Under the pieces are notes generated by a model. The model searched no databases, was not told where the DNA came from, and saw only the letters and a program-made list of their open reading frames with translations. DNA of 64,000 bases from assembly GCA_002505585.1 (NCBI GenBank), contig DAVM01000018.1:24717-88716 (forward strand), given 5' to 3'. Below, piece by piece: positions 1 through 9,688 of the stretch. The stretch comes from Candidatus Woesearchaeota archaeon UBA489. GTDB lineage: Archaea; Nanobdellota; Nanobdellia; SCGC-AAA011-G17; UBA489. A program made the translations under genes and the position numbers. Every line of letters begins with the position of its first letter. Position 1 is the stretch's first letter.

Positions 1-1072
1 CAGCACCCATCATGTCAATCCCTAATTCTTCACCCATACCTGCAGCTTGCTGAGAAACAGCTTGCCGAGGATTGGTTCTACCCAAGATATAAGGGGAGTT
101 AACACCTGTAACAATAGTCATTACTCTGATGCGACCAGCCATTTTAGGATCAATACGAGCACCCCAGATAACATTAGCATCTACATCTAAAGATTCAGTA
201 ATGATTTCACCAATTGCACTTACTTCGTCCAATTTTAAATCATCTCCACCAGTAACGTGAATCAAAGCACCAGTAGCACCTTCGTAGTTCACGTCTAATA
301 ATGGATTAGTCAAAGCTCTTCTTGTAGCTTCTTCAACTCTTCTTTCAGTATCAGATTCACCAATACCAATAACTGATACGTCACCATTAGCCATAATAGC
401 TCGAACATCGGCATAGTCTAAGTTGACTAATGAAGGTACAGCAATAGTTTCAACAATACCTTTAATCATTGTAGCAATTAATTCATTAGCTACAGCAAAA
501 GCTTGTTGGATAGGTAAGTTACCAGCAATGTTCACTAACCTATTGTTGTCAATAACAATAACAGTATCACAAACATCACGTAATTGTTGTAAACCAAATT
601 CTGCTTTATCAACACGAGCTCTTTCAATATCGAAAGGCATAGTCACTGTTCCAATTACAATAGCGCCAGTTTCTCTAGCTACCTTTGCAACTTCAGGACC
701 ACAACCAGTACCAGTACCGCCACCAAGGCCAGCACAAATAAATACCATGTCAGCATCCTTTAATAAATTTTTAATATCATGCATACTTTCTTTAGCTGCT
801 TCAGCGCCTTTTTGTGGATACCCACCACAACCAAGACCTCTAGTTAATTCTTTACCAATCAATATCTTTGCATCAGCTGAAGTAATATTCAAGTGTTGTA
901 AATCTGTGTTTACTGCGTAAATTTTTGCTCCTGTAATTCCTTTCTTGTGGAGCCAAGAAACCATATTGTTTCCTCCACCACCACACCCCATGACTGCGAT
1001 GTTTGCTTCTCCAACTTTTACCCCTGCATCTGCAGGTTGATTTTGTAATGCATCTTGTACGAGACTTTCCAT
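1..1072 (-). CDS. ftsZ: Cell division GTPase FtsZ (N-terminus complete, 3' end runs off window start)
   Basis: Minus-strand translation from ATG at 1072-1070: MESLVQDALQNQPADAGVKVGEANIAVMGCGGGGNNMVSWLHKKGI...DADMVFICAGLGGGTGTG; FtsZ/tubulin glycine-rich GTP loops; no stop before position 1; + ORF 423..920 is its shadow. Confidence 0.85.
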   Translation of the reverse strand, partial: MESLVQDALQNQPADAGVKVGEANIAVMGCGGGGNNMVSWLHKKGITGAKIYAVNTDLQHLNITSADAKILIGKELTRGLGCGGYPQKGAEAAKESMHDIKNLLKDADMVFICAGLGGGTGTGCGPEVAKVARETGAIVIGTVTMPFDIERARVDKAEFGLQQLRDVCDTVIVIDNNRLVNIAGNLPIQQAFAVANELIATMIKGIVETIAVPSLVNLDYADVRAIMANGDVSVIGIGESDTERRVEEATRRALTNPLLDVNYEGATGALIHVTGGDDLKLDEVSAIGEIITESLDVDANVIWGARIDPKMAGRIRVMTIVTGVNSPYILGRTNPRQAVSQQAAGMGEELGIDMMGA

Positions 1073-1243
1073 TTTTTATTTTCCCCCTTTACGGTTTTTT
1101 GTTTTTTTTTGATTGGTTTTTGTTATATACTGAAGCACCATAAAACTTATATGGTATTGAGTATACTACTCTTTTAGAAATTCGTAAAGTTTACTGATTC
1201 GTGATGTTAACTTGGAAGAAAAGAGTTTCACTACAAAATGTTT

Positions 1244-1319
1244 GTAACGCCAATTACAAGCTGGGACTTACGCCAAATAAGTTCAATCTTAATATTTTAC
1301 TTTTAACGCCAATTAAAAG
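1244..1319. promoter_or_regulatory. Three direct copies of ACGCCAAWTAMAAG-like motif in the divergent ftsZ/gatD promoter region
   Basis: gtaACGCCAATTACAAG (1244-1260), ACGCCAAATAAG (1270-1281), ttaACGCCAATTAAAAG (1303-1319); AT-rich TATA-like elements (tttaaaatata, ctatataaa) follow immediately upstream of gatD ATG. Confidence 0.3.
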
Positions 1320-1406
1320 TTAATGCTAATTTCTTTTTTATCTAAACAACTATATAAACATACTTTTCCTTTAAAATATAGTTTAAACTATATAAATCAT
1401 TAATTA

Positions 1407-2768
1407 ATGCGTTGTAAATTAAACAAAACAATGGGAAAAAAGACATTACTACACTCTTGCGACGAAGTAGAAGTGGAAACAAAAGATCAAAAGTATAAGG
1501 GATTATTAATGCCTAATAGTGATAGCAAAAAAATCATATTAAAATTAAAATCAGGATATAACGTAGGAATATTCAAAAAAGATGTAAAAAAAATGCAAGT
1601 AATAAAGAAAACAAAGAAGAATGCAAAAGCATGTGAAAAAAGCTTAGAACCAAAATTGAAGAAAATAAAACAGAAACATAATAACAAATTACCAACAATA
1701 AGCATCTTACACACAGGAGGAACCATAGCAAGCAAAATAGACTATGCAACAGGAGGAGTAAGCGCAAAATTCACACCAGAAGAGCTCCTAGACCTATTTC
1801 CAGAATTACGAAAAATAGCAAATATCAATTCTAGATTACTTAGCAATATGTGGAGTGGTGATATGCGATTTTACCACCATAATTACATAGCAAAAGAAAT
1901 TAAAAAAGAACTAGCAAAAGGAGTAGATGGAATAATAGTTACTCATGGCACAGATACTATGGGGTATACAGCAGCAGCGTTAAGCTTTATTCTAGAAGGA
2001 TTGTCAATGCCAATTCTCTTAGTAGGCAGTCAAAGAAGTAGTGATAGAGGTAGTAGTGATGCAGCCCTAAACTTACTATGTGCAGCACAATATATAACAA
2101 AAAGTGACTTTGGAGAAGTAGGCATTTGCATGCATGAAGATAGTAGTGACGAAAGTTGTGTTATATTACCAGCAACAAAAACAAGAAAAATGCACACAAG
2201 CAGAAGAGACACCTTCAGAGCAATAAGCACAGATCCTTATGCTACAGTAAGCAAACAAGGAACTATAAACCATTTCAATAAAAACTATACTAAGAAAGAC
2301 AAAAATAAAAAAGTAAAAATAAAACCTATTAAAGAAACACTCAAAATAGGCATGGTAAAATTCAGGCCAAACTTTTATGCGAAGGAACTAGAACATTACA
2401 AAACCTTTGACGGACTAATAATCGAAGGAACAGGATTAGGTAATGGACCAGTAGATGTCATAGATGAAGCAACAAAAGAACATAACAAAATATTGAAAAC
2501 TATTACACAATTATGCCAAAAACTACCAGTAGTAATGACATCACAAACTATTTATGGAAGAGTAAACATGAACGTGTACACCTACGGCAGAAAACTAAAA
2601 GAAGCAGGAGTACTAGGAAACTATAGCGATATGTTGCCAGAAACAGCATACATAAAACTAGCATGGTTATTAAGCAATTACCCAAAAAATAAAGTGAAAG
2701 AGATGGTGCAAGAGAATTTAAGGGGAGAGATTACTAAAAGAAGTTTACAGCACGAATTTACTGAATAG
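1407..2768 (+). CDS. gatD: Glu-tRNA(Gln) amidotransferase subunit D (asparaginase-like)
   Basis: 453 aa; GatD N-domain then L-asparaginase fold motifs ILHTGGTIAS, VTHGTDTMGYTAAAL, SQRSSDRGSSDAALN. Confidence 0.85.
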   Translation: MRCKLNKTMGKKTLLHSCDEVEVETKDQKYKGLLMPNSDSKKIILKLKSGYNVGIFKKDVKKMQVIKKTKKNAKACEKSLEPKLKKIKQKHNNKLPTISILHTGGTIASKIDYATGGVSAKFTPEELLDLFPELRKIANINSRLLSNMWSGDMRFYHHNYIAKEIKKELAKGVDGIIVTHGTDTMGYTAAALSFILEGLSMPILLVGSQRSSDRGSSDAALNLLCAAQYITKSDFGEVGICMHEDSSDESCVILPATKTRKMHTSRRDTFRAISTDPYATVSKQGTINHFNKNYTKKDKNKKVKIKPIKETLKIGMVKFRPNFYAKELEHYKTFDGLIIEGTGLGNGPVDVIDEATKEHNKILKTITQLCQKLPVVMTSQTIYGRVNMNVYTYGRKLKEAGVLGNYSDMLPETAYIKLAWLLSNYPKNKVKEMVQENLRGEITKRSLQHEFTE

Positions 2769-2864
2769 AACCAATTCACTACTTCTTATCTGAACAAAAA
2801 ACCAATACTTATATAAACAAAAAAGAGAGCTAAAAAAATAACATTATATGAAGAGGCAATATAC

Positions 2865-4010
2865 ATGGATAAATCAGCAAAATGGGTACTTTCAATCGTA
2901 GTACTTTTATTAATAGTAGTAGGACTCTTTGTAGCATTCTCACCAAGTCCTGAAGGAAAAGAAACAAGGCCAATAAAGTTAGGAGCAATCATGCCTTTAA
3001 GTGGTGACGCAGCAGCATACGGAATTCCCATACAACAAGCAACAGACTTAGCAATAAAAGAAATTAATGCAGCAGGTGGTGTTGATGGAAGAATGATTAA
3101 AGTTGTTTATGAAAATGGTGCATGTGCAGGAAAAGAAGCAACATCTGCAGCACAAAAATTAATTAATGTTGATAAAATTAAAGTAATCTTAGGAGGATTA
3201 TGTAGTGGAGAAACATTAGGAGCAGCACCAGTTGCAGAAGAAAATAAAGTAATCCTTTTCTCACCTGGATCAGGAAGTCCAGACATAACAAAATCAGGAG
3301 ACTACATCTTTAGAAACTTCCCATCAGATGCAACATCTGGAGGTAAAGTCGCACAAGCAGCAATAGACAATGGACATAAGAAAGTTGCAATTATTGCAGA
3401 ACAAACAGAATACGCACAAGCAGTAAAAGAAGTGTTTAAAACAACCTTTGAAGCAGCAGGTGGAGAAATATTAACAGATGAATCTTATGCATCAGACTCT
3501 AGTGACTTTAGAACACAACTAACAAAAATGAAAGCAACAAACCCTGATGGACTATATGTACTCTCACAAACACCAGCTAAATATGGATTAGTGTTGAAAC
3601 AAATTAGTGAACTAGGAATGAATCAACAAATTTATTCCAATGAGTTTTCAGCAGCAGAAGACATCTTGAAAGATTATAAAGAAGAGATAGAAGGAGCAAT
3701 CTATGCAGAACCCTCATTCGATGACAAAGCACCAAAAGCAAAAGAGCTCTTAGACAAAATACTAGCAGAACACGGAGAGCTCTCAGGAGCATTACCACCA
3801 GTATACTTTGCAACAGCATACGATGCAGTTTATCTCTTAAAAGATGCACTAGTGGAATGTGGAGAAGACACTGATTGTATTAAAAAATTCCTCTACGGAG
3901 TTACAGACAGAGCAGGAACAGCAGGAATGCTAACCATAGATGAAAACGGAGATGCAAGCTTTTCCTATGTCTTGAGAACAATTAAAGACGGAAAAGCAAT
4001 GGATGTGTAA
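2865..4010 (+). CDS. livK: Branched-chain/amino-acid ABC transporter substrate-binding protein (LivJ/K family), N-terminal membrane anchor
   Basis: 381 aa; N-terminal TM/signal segment, periplasmic-binding-protein type I signature KLGAIMPLSGDAAAYGIP...AINAAGGVDGR; first gene of liv-type operon. Confidence 0.8.
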   Translation: MDKSAKWVLSIVVLLLIVVGLFVAFSPSPEGKETRPIKLGAIMPLSGDAAAYGIPIQQATDLAIKEINAAGGVDGRMIKVVYENGACAGKEATSAAQKLINVDKIKVILGGLCSGETLGAAPVAEENKVILFSPGSGSPDITKSGDYIFRNFPSDATSGGKVAQAAIDNGHKKVAIIAEQTEYAQAVKEVFKTTFEAAGGEILTDESYASDSSDFRTQLTKMKATNPDGLYVLSQTPAKYGLVLKQISELGMNQQIYSNEFSAAEDILKDYKEEIEGAIYAEPSFDDKAPKAKELLDKILAEHGELSGALPPVYFATAYDAVYLLKDALVECGEDTDCIKKFLYGVTDRAGTAGMLTIDENGDASFSYVLRTIKDGKAMDV

Positions 4011-4074
4011 AAGCATTCACTCTTTCTTTTTTTCTTTTAACAACCTTTAAGAATCAGTAATTAAGGTTATTTTC

Positions 4075-4956
4075 ATGGCATTACTCCAATTGCTTTTAAA
4101 TGGCATAATAGCAGGAAGTATTTATGCACTAATTGCAGCAAGCTTCTCATTAATTTTTAACATAGTCAAATTTATGGACTTAAGTCCAGGAGCAACATTT
4201 GTAGTAGCAGCATTCTCAGCATATAGTTTTCATATTCTATTAAGCATACCATTTATTCTAGCAATACTTTTAGCATTAGTAGTAACAGTAATAACAGCAC
4301 TCTTAATCAATTTATTAGTGTATAAACCGTTAAGAAAAAGAGGAGCAGATCCATTTACTTTATTACTTTCTTCATTCGGAGTATTCTTAACAGTAACAGG
4401 AATCATTCTACTTATTTTCGGAGCAGAAATACACACTTTTGGATTACCCATAGCAAAAGGTTATGACTTATTCGGAGCAATCATCACACCACTACAAGTT
4501 TGGTTAGTAATAATCTCAGTCTTACTCTTTGTAGTTTTATTCTTCTTTATGAAAACAACAAAGTTAGGAAAAGCAATGCGAGCAGTAGCAGACGAAAAAC
4601 AAGTAGCAGCAACACTAGGAATTAACGTAGAAAAAACAACAACAAAAACATTTGTCATCTCAGCAATACTAGCAGGAATAGCAGGAATATTAGTTGGACT
4701 AGAACAAAACATAGAACACAACATGGGATTCGCAGTAATCTTGAAAGGTATAACAGCAAGTGTAGTAGGAGGAATAGGTAATGTATCAGCAGCATTATTA
4801 GGAGGATTCTTAATTGGCATAGTAGAAAATGTAGGCATATGGTACTTACCCTCAGGCTACAAAGATGGCATAGCATTTGTGATACTCATACTCTTCTTAC
4901 TCCTTAGGCCACAAGGAATACTAGGTACAAGAACAAGAGAGGAAACATCAGGATAA
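4075..4956 (+). CDS. livH: Branched-chain amino-acid ABC transporter permease (LivH-like)
   Basis: 293 aa polytopic membrane protein directly after SBP gene; LivH-type permease architecture. Confidence 0.8.
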   Translation: MALLQLLLNGIIAGSIYALIAASFSLIFNIVKFMDLSPGATFVVAAFSAYSFHILLSIPFILAILLALVVTVITALLINLLVYKPLRKRGADPFTLLLSSFGVFLTVTGIILLIFGAEIHTFGLPIAKGYDLFGAIITPLQVWLVIISVLLFVVLFFFMKTTKLGKAMRAVADEKQVAATLGINVEKTTTKTFVISAILAGIAGILVGLEQNIEHNMGFAVILKGITASVVGGIGNVSAALLGGFLIGIVENVGIWYLPSGYKDGIAFVILILFLLLRPQGILGTRTREETSG

Positions 4957-5843
4957 TGGCACTAGAAGCATACATCATACATATCCTGATAATCATAGGC
5001 ATTTATGTAATCCTAGCATTAAGCTTAGATTTAGCAATAGGCTATACAGGATTATTAAACATAGGACACGTAGCATTCTATGCAGTAGGAGCATACACGT
5101 CAGCACTCTTAGCACTGAATTTTGGAACTCCATTCTTGATAAGTTTTTTAGCAGGAGGAATAATAGCAGGAATATTTAGTTTAGTAGTAGCAATACCAGC
5201 ACTCAAACTCAGAGGAGATTATTTAGCCGTAGCAACATTAGGGTTAGCAATAATAGTAGAAAACATATTAAAAAATTGGACAAGCTTAACAAGAGGACCA
5301 TTAGGATTACCAGGCATACCAAAACCAACAATATTTGGAATAACACTAACAGGAATAACTTACTTAGCATTAGTGATAGTAGTAGGAGTAGTAACTTACT
5401 ATTTGTTACGATATTTAATCAAAACACCATTCGGAAGAATATTACAAGCAATAAGAGAAGACGAACTAGTAGCAAAAAGCTTAGGAAAAAATGTAACCAA
5501 ATACAAAACACAAGCACTCCTAATCTCAGCATTCTTTGCAGGACTAGCAGGAAGTTTATACGCACACTATATAACATTCATAGACCCAACAAGTTTTAGC
5601 ATACTAGAATCAGTCTTGATAATATCCATGATAGTAGTAGGAGGAATAGCAACACTCAAAGGAGCAATCATAGGAGCAATTATTCTAATACTACTACCAG
5701 AAGCATTGAGATTTTTACCCCTACCTTCCTCAATGATAGGAGCATTAAGACAAATCATCTACGCAGTACTTCTAGTAGTGTTGTTGATAAAAAGACCACA
5801 AGGACTCCTAGGAAAGAAAACAGAAGGAGTAGTGACTACTTAA
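4956..5843 (+). CDS. livM: Branched-chain amino-acid ABC transporter permease (LivM-like)
   Basis: 295 aa polytopic membrane protein; start overlaps livH stop (ATGA). Confidence 0.8.
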   Translation: MALEAYIIHILIIIGIYVILALSLDLAIGYTGLLNIGHVAFYAVGAYTSALLALNFGTPFLISFLAGGIIAGIFSLVVAIPALKLRGDYLAVATLGLAIIVENILKNWTSLTRGPLGLPGIPKPTIFGITLTGITYLALVIVVGVVTYYLLRYLIKTPFGRILQAIREDELVAKSLGKNVTKYKTQALLISAFFAGLAGSLYAHYITFIDPTSFSILESVLIISMIVVGGIATLKGAIIGAIILILLPEALRFLPLPSSMIGALRQIIYAVLLVVLLIKRPQGLLGKKTEGVVTT

Positions 5844-5844
5844 A

Positions 5845-6603
5845 ATGCTACACATAAAAAACTTAAACAAACACTTCGGAGGAATCAAAGCAGTAAAAGA
5901 TTGTAGTTTTGAAGTGAAAGAAAATGAAATAGTAGCATTAATAGGACCAAACGGAGCAGGAAAAACAACAGTCTTCAATCTACTAACAGGATTCATAAAA
6001 CCAGACAAAGGACATGTGCACTACAAAGGAACACCACTCTTAGGAGTGAAGCCATACAAAATAAGTAACTTAGGCATAACAAGAACATTCCAACTAATAA
6101 AACTCTTACCGAAGTTAACCTTAGTAGAAAATTTGTTAATAGCAAAACAACAAAGCGGAGAACACTTACTGAACATAATGTTTAAACCGAAATATATAAA
6201 ACACGAAGAAAAAGAAAATAGAAACCATTGCGTAGAACTATTAGACTTAGTAGGACTCAAAGACAAAAGAAACCACTACGCAAAAAACTTAAGTTATGGA
6301 CAACAAAAACTAGTGGAGATAGCAAGAATACTAGCAACAGACGCAGACCTCTTATTACTAGACGAACCAGTAGCAGGAGTCAATCCAGTAATGCGAGCAA
6401 AAATAAAAAATATATTGAAGAAATTGAAAGAACAAGGAAAAACAATCCTATTCATAGAACATGACATGAAATTTGTGATGGACATAGCAGACAGAGTAGT
6501 AGTATTAGATTATGGAACAGAAATAGCAACAGGAACGCCGAAACAAATACAAAAAAACCCAAGAGTGTTACAAGCATACTTAGGAAAGAAGGTGAAATTA
6601 TGA
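5845..6603 (+). CDS. livG: ABC transporter ATP-binding protein (LivG-like)
   Basis: Walker A GPNGAGKTT, ABC signature LSYGQQK, Walker B LLLLDEP. Confidence 0.9.
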   Translation: MLHIKNLNKHFGGIKAVKDCSFEVKENEIVALIGPNGAGKTTVFNLLTGFIKPDKGHVHYKGTPLLGVKPYKISNLGITRTFQLIKLLPKLTLVENLLIAKQQSGEHLLNIMFKPKYIKHEEKENRNHCVELLDLVGLKDKRNHYAKNLSYGQQKLVEIARILATDADLLLLDEPVAGVNPVMRAKIKNILKKLKEQGKTILFIEHDMKFVMDIADRVVVLDYGTEIATGTPKQIQKNPRVLQAYLGKKVKL

Positions 6604-7304
6604 TATTAGAACTCAAAGGTGTGGAGGCAGGCTACGGACCTATAAAAGTATTACATGGAGTAAACATAACAGCGAAGAAAGGAGACATAATAGCAATAGT
6701 AGGACCAAACGGCAGTGGGAAAAGTACGACGATAAAAAGCATCTTCGGATTAGTACAACCAGAAAAAGGACAGATAATCTTCAAAGAGAAAAAATTAGTA
6801 GGCCAAACAGCAGACCAAATAGTACACCATGGAGTCTCTTATGTACCACAAGGAAGAATGGTCTTCCAAACAATGACAGTAGAAGAAAACTTAGAAATGG
6901 GAGCATACATACTGAAAGATAAAAAAGTAATACAAGAAAGGTTGAAAAAAATGTACAACATGTTTCCAATACTAGAAGAGAAAAAAAACCAACAAGCAAC
7001 ATTTTTATCAGGAGGACAACAACAAATGTTATCTATAGCAAGAGCACTTATGTTAGAACCAGAACTATTGTTGTTAGATGAACCAAGCTTAGGGTTAGCT
7101 CCGAACATGATGGTAAATATCTTTAGGACAATAAAAGAGATTAATAAAACAGGAACAACAATAGTATTAGTTGAGCAGAATGCGCACATGGCATTAGAAA
7201 TATGTGACAAAGCTTACGTGTTAGAACAAGGGAAAATTGCTTTAAGTGGCGGATCAGAAATAGCAAAGAAGAAACAAGTAAAAGAATTATATTTAGGTCA
7301 TTAA
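6600..7304 (+). CDS. livF: ABC transporter ATP-binding protein (LivF-like)
   Basis: Walker A GPNGSGKST, signature LSGGQQQM, Walker B LLLLDEP; 4-nt overlap with livG. Confidence 0.9.
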   Translation: MILELKGVEAGYGPIKVLHGVNITAKKGDIIAIVGPNGSGKSTTIKSIFGLVQPEKGQIIFKEKKLVGQTADQIVHHGVSYVPQGRMVFQTMTVEENLEMGAYILKDKKVIQERLKKMYNMFPILEEKKNQQATFLSGGQQQMLSIARALMLEPELLLLDEPSLGLAPNMMVNIFRTIKEINKTGTTIVLVEQNAHMALEICDKAYVLEQGKIALSGGSEIAKKKQVKELYLGH

Positions 7305-7344
7305 ACAGCAGAGCATATATAAATAAGCAAGATATCCTATTTCT

Positions 7345-7581
7345 ATGACTTATATAGGCACTATACTGAACGAGATAAGGTTTGATAAAACAGCAAAACC
7401 AGAAGAATACACTATCACTTACTTTGATAGAATAGCAGAAAAGACAGAAGAAGTCAAATTTATAAGCATAGGAAGAAAAGGAAACTTTATAACAGTACTA
7501 AAAGACGGAAAAGAGTATAGTGTGCCGCTGCATAGAATAAGAAAAATAAAAAAGAAAGGAAAAGTGATTTGGGAACAATGA
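7345..7581 (+). CDS. Small conserved archaeal protein, UPF0248/DUF504-like
   Basis: 78 aa; C-terminal ...SVPLHRIRKIKKKGKVIWEQ resembles the DUF504 family ending (...IPxHRI..V...G.VIW); 13-nt overlap with gatE start. Confidence 0.45.
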   Translation: MTYIGTILNEIRFDKTAKPEEYTITYFDRIAEKTEEVKFISIGRKGNFITVLKDGKEYSVPLHRIRKIKKKGKVIWEQ

Positions 7582-8984
7582 ACTATAAAGAATTACAATT
7601 AAAAATAGGATTAGAAATACACAGACAAATTAACACACACAAACTCTTTTGCCATTGTAAATCAGAACTAGAAGATAGCAAACCAAACCATTTATTGAAA
7701 AGATACTTGCATGATGTCAGTAGTGAAACAGGAGAAAAAGACGTAGTTGCAGCATATGAAAAAGCAAAAAAAAGATATGCTATTTATGAAGTAATGGATG
7801 CAAGCAGTTGTGCGGTAGAAACAGACGAAGAACCACCACACAAAATAAATAGAGATGCATTAGATGCAGTATTAGAAGTAGTACTCTTATTGAATTGCAA
7901 AATAATTAATCCCATACAAGTCATGAGAAAACAAGTATTAGACTTTAGCAACACTGCAGGATTTCAAAGAACAGCAATGGTAGCAATGAATGGATGGGTA
8001 GAAACAAAAAGTGGGAGAGTAGGCATAACAAGCGTTTGCTTAGAAGAAGACTCAGCAAGAAGAATCAAAACAGCAAAAGACCATGTAGTGTTTAGATTAG
8101 ATAGGTTAGGGATTCCATTAATAGAAATAACAACAGAACCAGACATTACAACACCTGAACAAGCACAAGAAGTAGCAACCTACTTAGGAATGGTCTTGAA
8201 ATCAACAGGAAAATTCAAAGCAGGACTAGGAACCATAAGACAAGACATCAATGTAAGTAGTAAAGGACATGTAAGAGTAGAAATCAAAGGCATGCAAAAC
8301 TTAAAGTTAATACCCAAAGCAGTAGACAAAGAAATAGCAAGACAACAAAAAGAAAAGAAAGGTAAAGGAGAAGTAAGAAACGTAAAACCAGACGGAAGCA
8401 CAGAATACTTAAGACCAATGCCAGGTGCAGCAAGAATGTATGTCGAAACAGATCATCCATTAATAGAAATAAGTCAAAAAGAACTAAAAGAAATCAAAAC
8501 AGCAGAATTACTAGATGAAAAAATAGTACAATTAGAAAAGAAATATAACTTAAACGCAGTTGTAGCAAAAGAAGTAATAGGCAATGAACTTTTCTTGAAA
8601 TGTGTGAAGAAATACAAACTAGAACCAACACTCATAGCGAAAGTACTAATAGAAGCTCCAAAAGAAATTAAGACAAGATTTAAGTTAAACGTGGAAAAAA
8701 TAAAAGAAAAAGATTATCACTTTGTGTTGGAACAATTAGAGAAAAAAACCATACCAAAAGAAGCAGCACTAGAAATACTAACCACACTAGCAAAAGGGAA
8801 AAAAGTAGATTTAAATAAATATAAAGGAGTAAGTGCAGACAAGTTAGAGAAAGAGATTAAAGAACTAGTGCAGAAGAAAAAAGGAATAGCACTGAATGCA
8901 TTAATGGGTATTATAATGGGAAAGTACAGAGGCAAAGTAGACGGCAAAAAAGTCATGGAATTATTGAAAAAACACGCTAAATAA
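7569..8984 (+). CDS. gatE: Glu-tRNA(Gln) amidotransferase subunit E, short form lacking the AspRS-like insertion domain
   Basis: 471 aa; GatE signature LKIGLEIHRQINT.KLFCHC, CAVETDEEPPH, SVCLEEDSARR, FRLDRLGIPLIEITTEPDI, GLGTIRQDINVS; C-terminal GatB/YqeY-like helical domain; only a 14-aa linker (QKEKKGKGEVRNVK) where canonical GatE has a ~130-aa insertion. Confidence 0.8.
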   Translation: MGTMNYKELQLKIGLEIHRQINTHKLFCHCKSELEDSKPNHLLKRYLHDVSSETGEKDVVAAYEKAKKRYAIYEVMDASSCAVETDEEPPHKINRDALDAVLEVVLLLNCKIINPIQVMRKQVLDFSNTAGFQRTAMVAMNGWVETKSGRVGITSVCLEEDSARRIKTAKDHVVFRLDRLGIPLIEITTEPDITTPEQAQEVATYLGMVLKSTGKFKAGLGTIRQDINVSSKGHVRVEIKGMQNLKLIPKAVDKEIARQQKEKKGKGEVRNVKPDGSTEYLRPMPGAARMYVETDHPLIEISQKELKEIKTAELLDEKIVQLEKKYNLNAVVAKEVIGNELFLKCVKKYKLEPTLIAKVLIEAPKEIKTRFKLNVEKIKEKDYHFVLEQLEKKTIPKEAALEILTTLAKGKKVDLNKYKGVSADKLEKEIKELVQKKKGIALNALMGIIMGKYRGKVDGKKVMELLKKHAK

Positions 8985-9324
8985 GATTTACAAACTTTTC
9001 TTTTACAACACTCATTGTTTCTTTGTTTACTTTTCCAAGACTTTTACGAATAATTGCTTGTTCAAGAGTAAATAACTTATCAACTTTAATTCTACTAGTA
9101 AAAGGAAGTTCCCCATCACTCAAACTTCTGTCATTAATATAGACACTATGTCTTTCTTCCTTCACATTAGAGGTTATTCCACAAGTAATAATATCATTTG
9201 TTTCTTTATTATAAGATCTCTTGGATAATACTAAAACAGGACGTTGCTTTACTCCACTTAAATCAGAAAAAGGAAAGGGAACTAAGACTATTTCTCCTTG
9301 TTCAAATTTTGTCCCAACGATCAT
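8977..9324 (-). CDS. mazF: Type II toxin, PemK/MazF family (alternative upstream start at 9366)
   Basis: MIVGTKFEQGEIVLVPFPFSDLSGVKQRPVLVLS... matches the PemK/MazF N-terminal core (GEIxLVxFP...KxRPxLVLS); overlaps upstream antitoxin gene. Confidence 0.7.
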   Translation of the reverse strand: MIVGTKFEQGEIVLVPFPFSDLSGVKQRPVLVLSKRSYNKETNDIITCGITSNVKEERHSVYINDRSLSDGELPFTSRIKVDKLFTLEQAIIRKSLGKVNKETMSVVKEKFVNLI

Positions 9325-9535
9325 CCTCTTTGTTACTCCATAGTTTTTTAGCCACATTTTCTGCATGCTTTAATAAATCTTTAAAGCGAGATTTCTTTAC
9401 TTTTTGTATGAGAATATTTTCTCCATCTTCAAGCAAGAGAAGTTCATCACCCCTTCGAATTTTTATAGCATCCCTAATAGTTGTAGGTATAGAAATCTGT
9501 CCTTTGTCCGTTACTTTCACAATTTTAGCACGCAT
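9302..9535 (-). CDS. mazE: AbrB/MazE/SpoVT-family antitoxin
   Basis: 77 aa; VTDKGQISIPTTIRDAIKIRRGDELLL is a swapped-hairpin AbrB/SpoVT DNA-binding domain; immediately upstream of the toxin and overlapping it. Confidence 0.65.
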   Translation of the reverse strand: MRAKIVKVTDKGQISIPTTIRDAIKIRRGDELLLLEDGENILIQKVKKSRFKDLLKHAENVAKKLWSNKEDDRWDKI

Positions 9536-9688
9536 AAAGAGAAGTAAGAATTTCCTTACTTATATAGTTTTCGCCTAAAAAGCCGGAAAAACGGAGGCAC
9601 AAGCCAAAACATTTATGATCTATACTGAATAAAAAAGAGATTTTAAGAATAGCAGGCTTTATATATATACCAAAATTGGAATTCTTCT

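Noticed and set aside
423-920. 165-aa + strand ORF
   Set aside because: Lies entirely antisense to the well-supported ftsZ reading frame; no recognisable motifs; shadow ORF
1487-2230. Three Leu/Phe-rich minus-strand ORFs (1487..1735, 1573..1767, 2030..2230)
   Set aside because: Antisense within gatD; typical AT-rich antisense frames (poly-Leu/Phe)
9198-9578. 126-aa + strand ORF
   Set aside because: Antisense to the MazE/MazF pair, which have clear domain signatures
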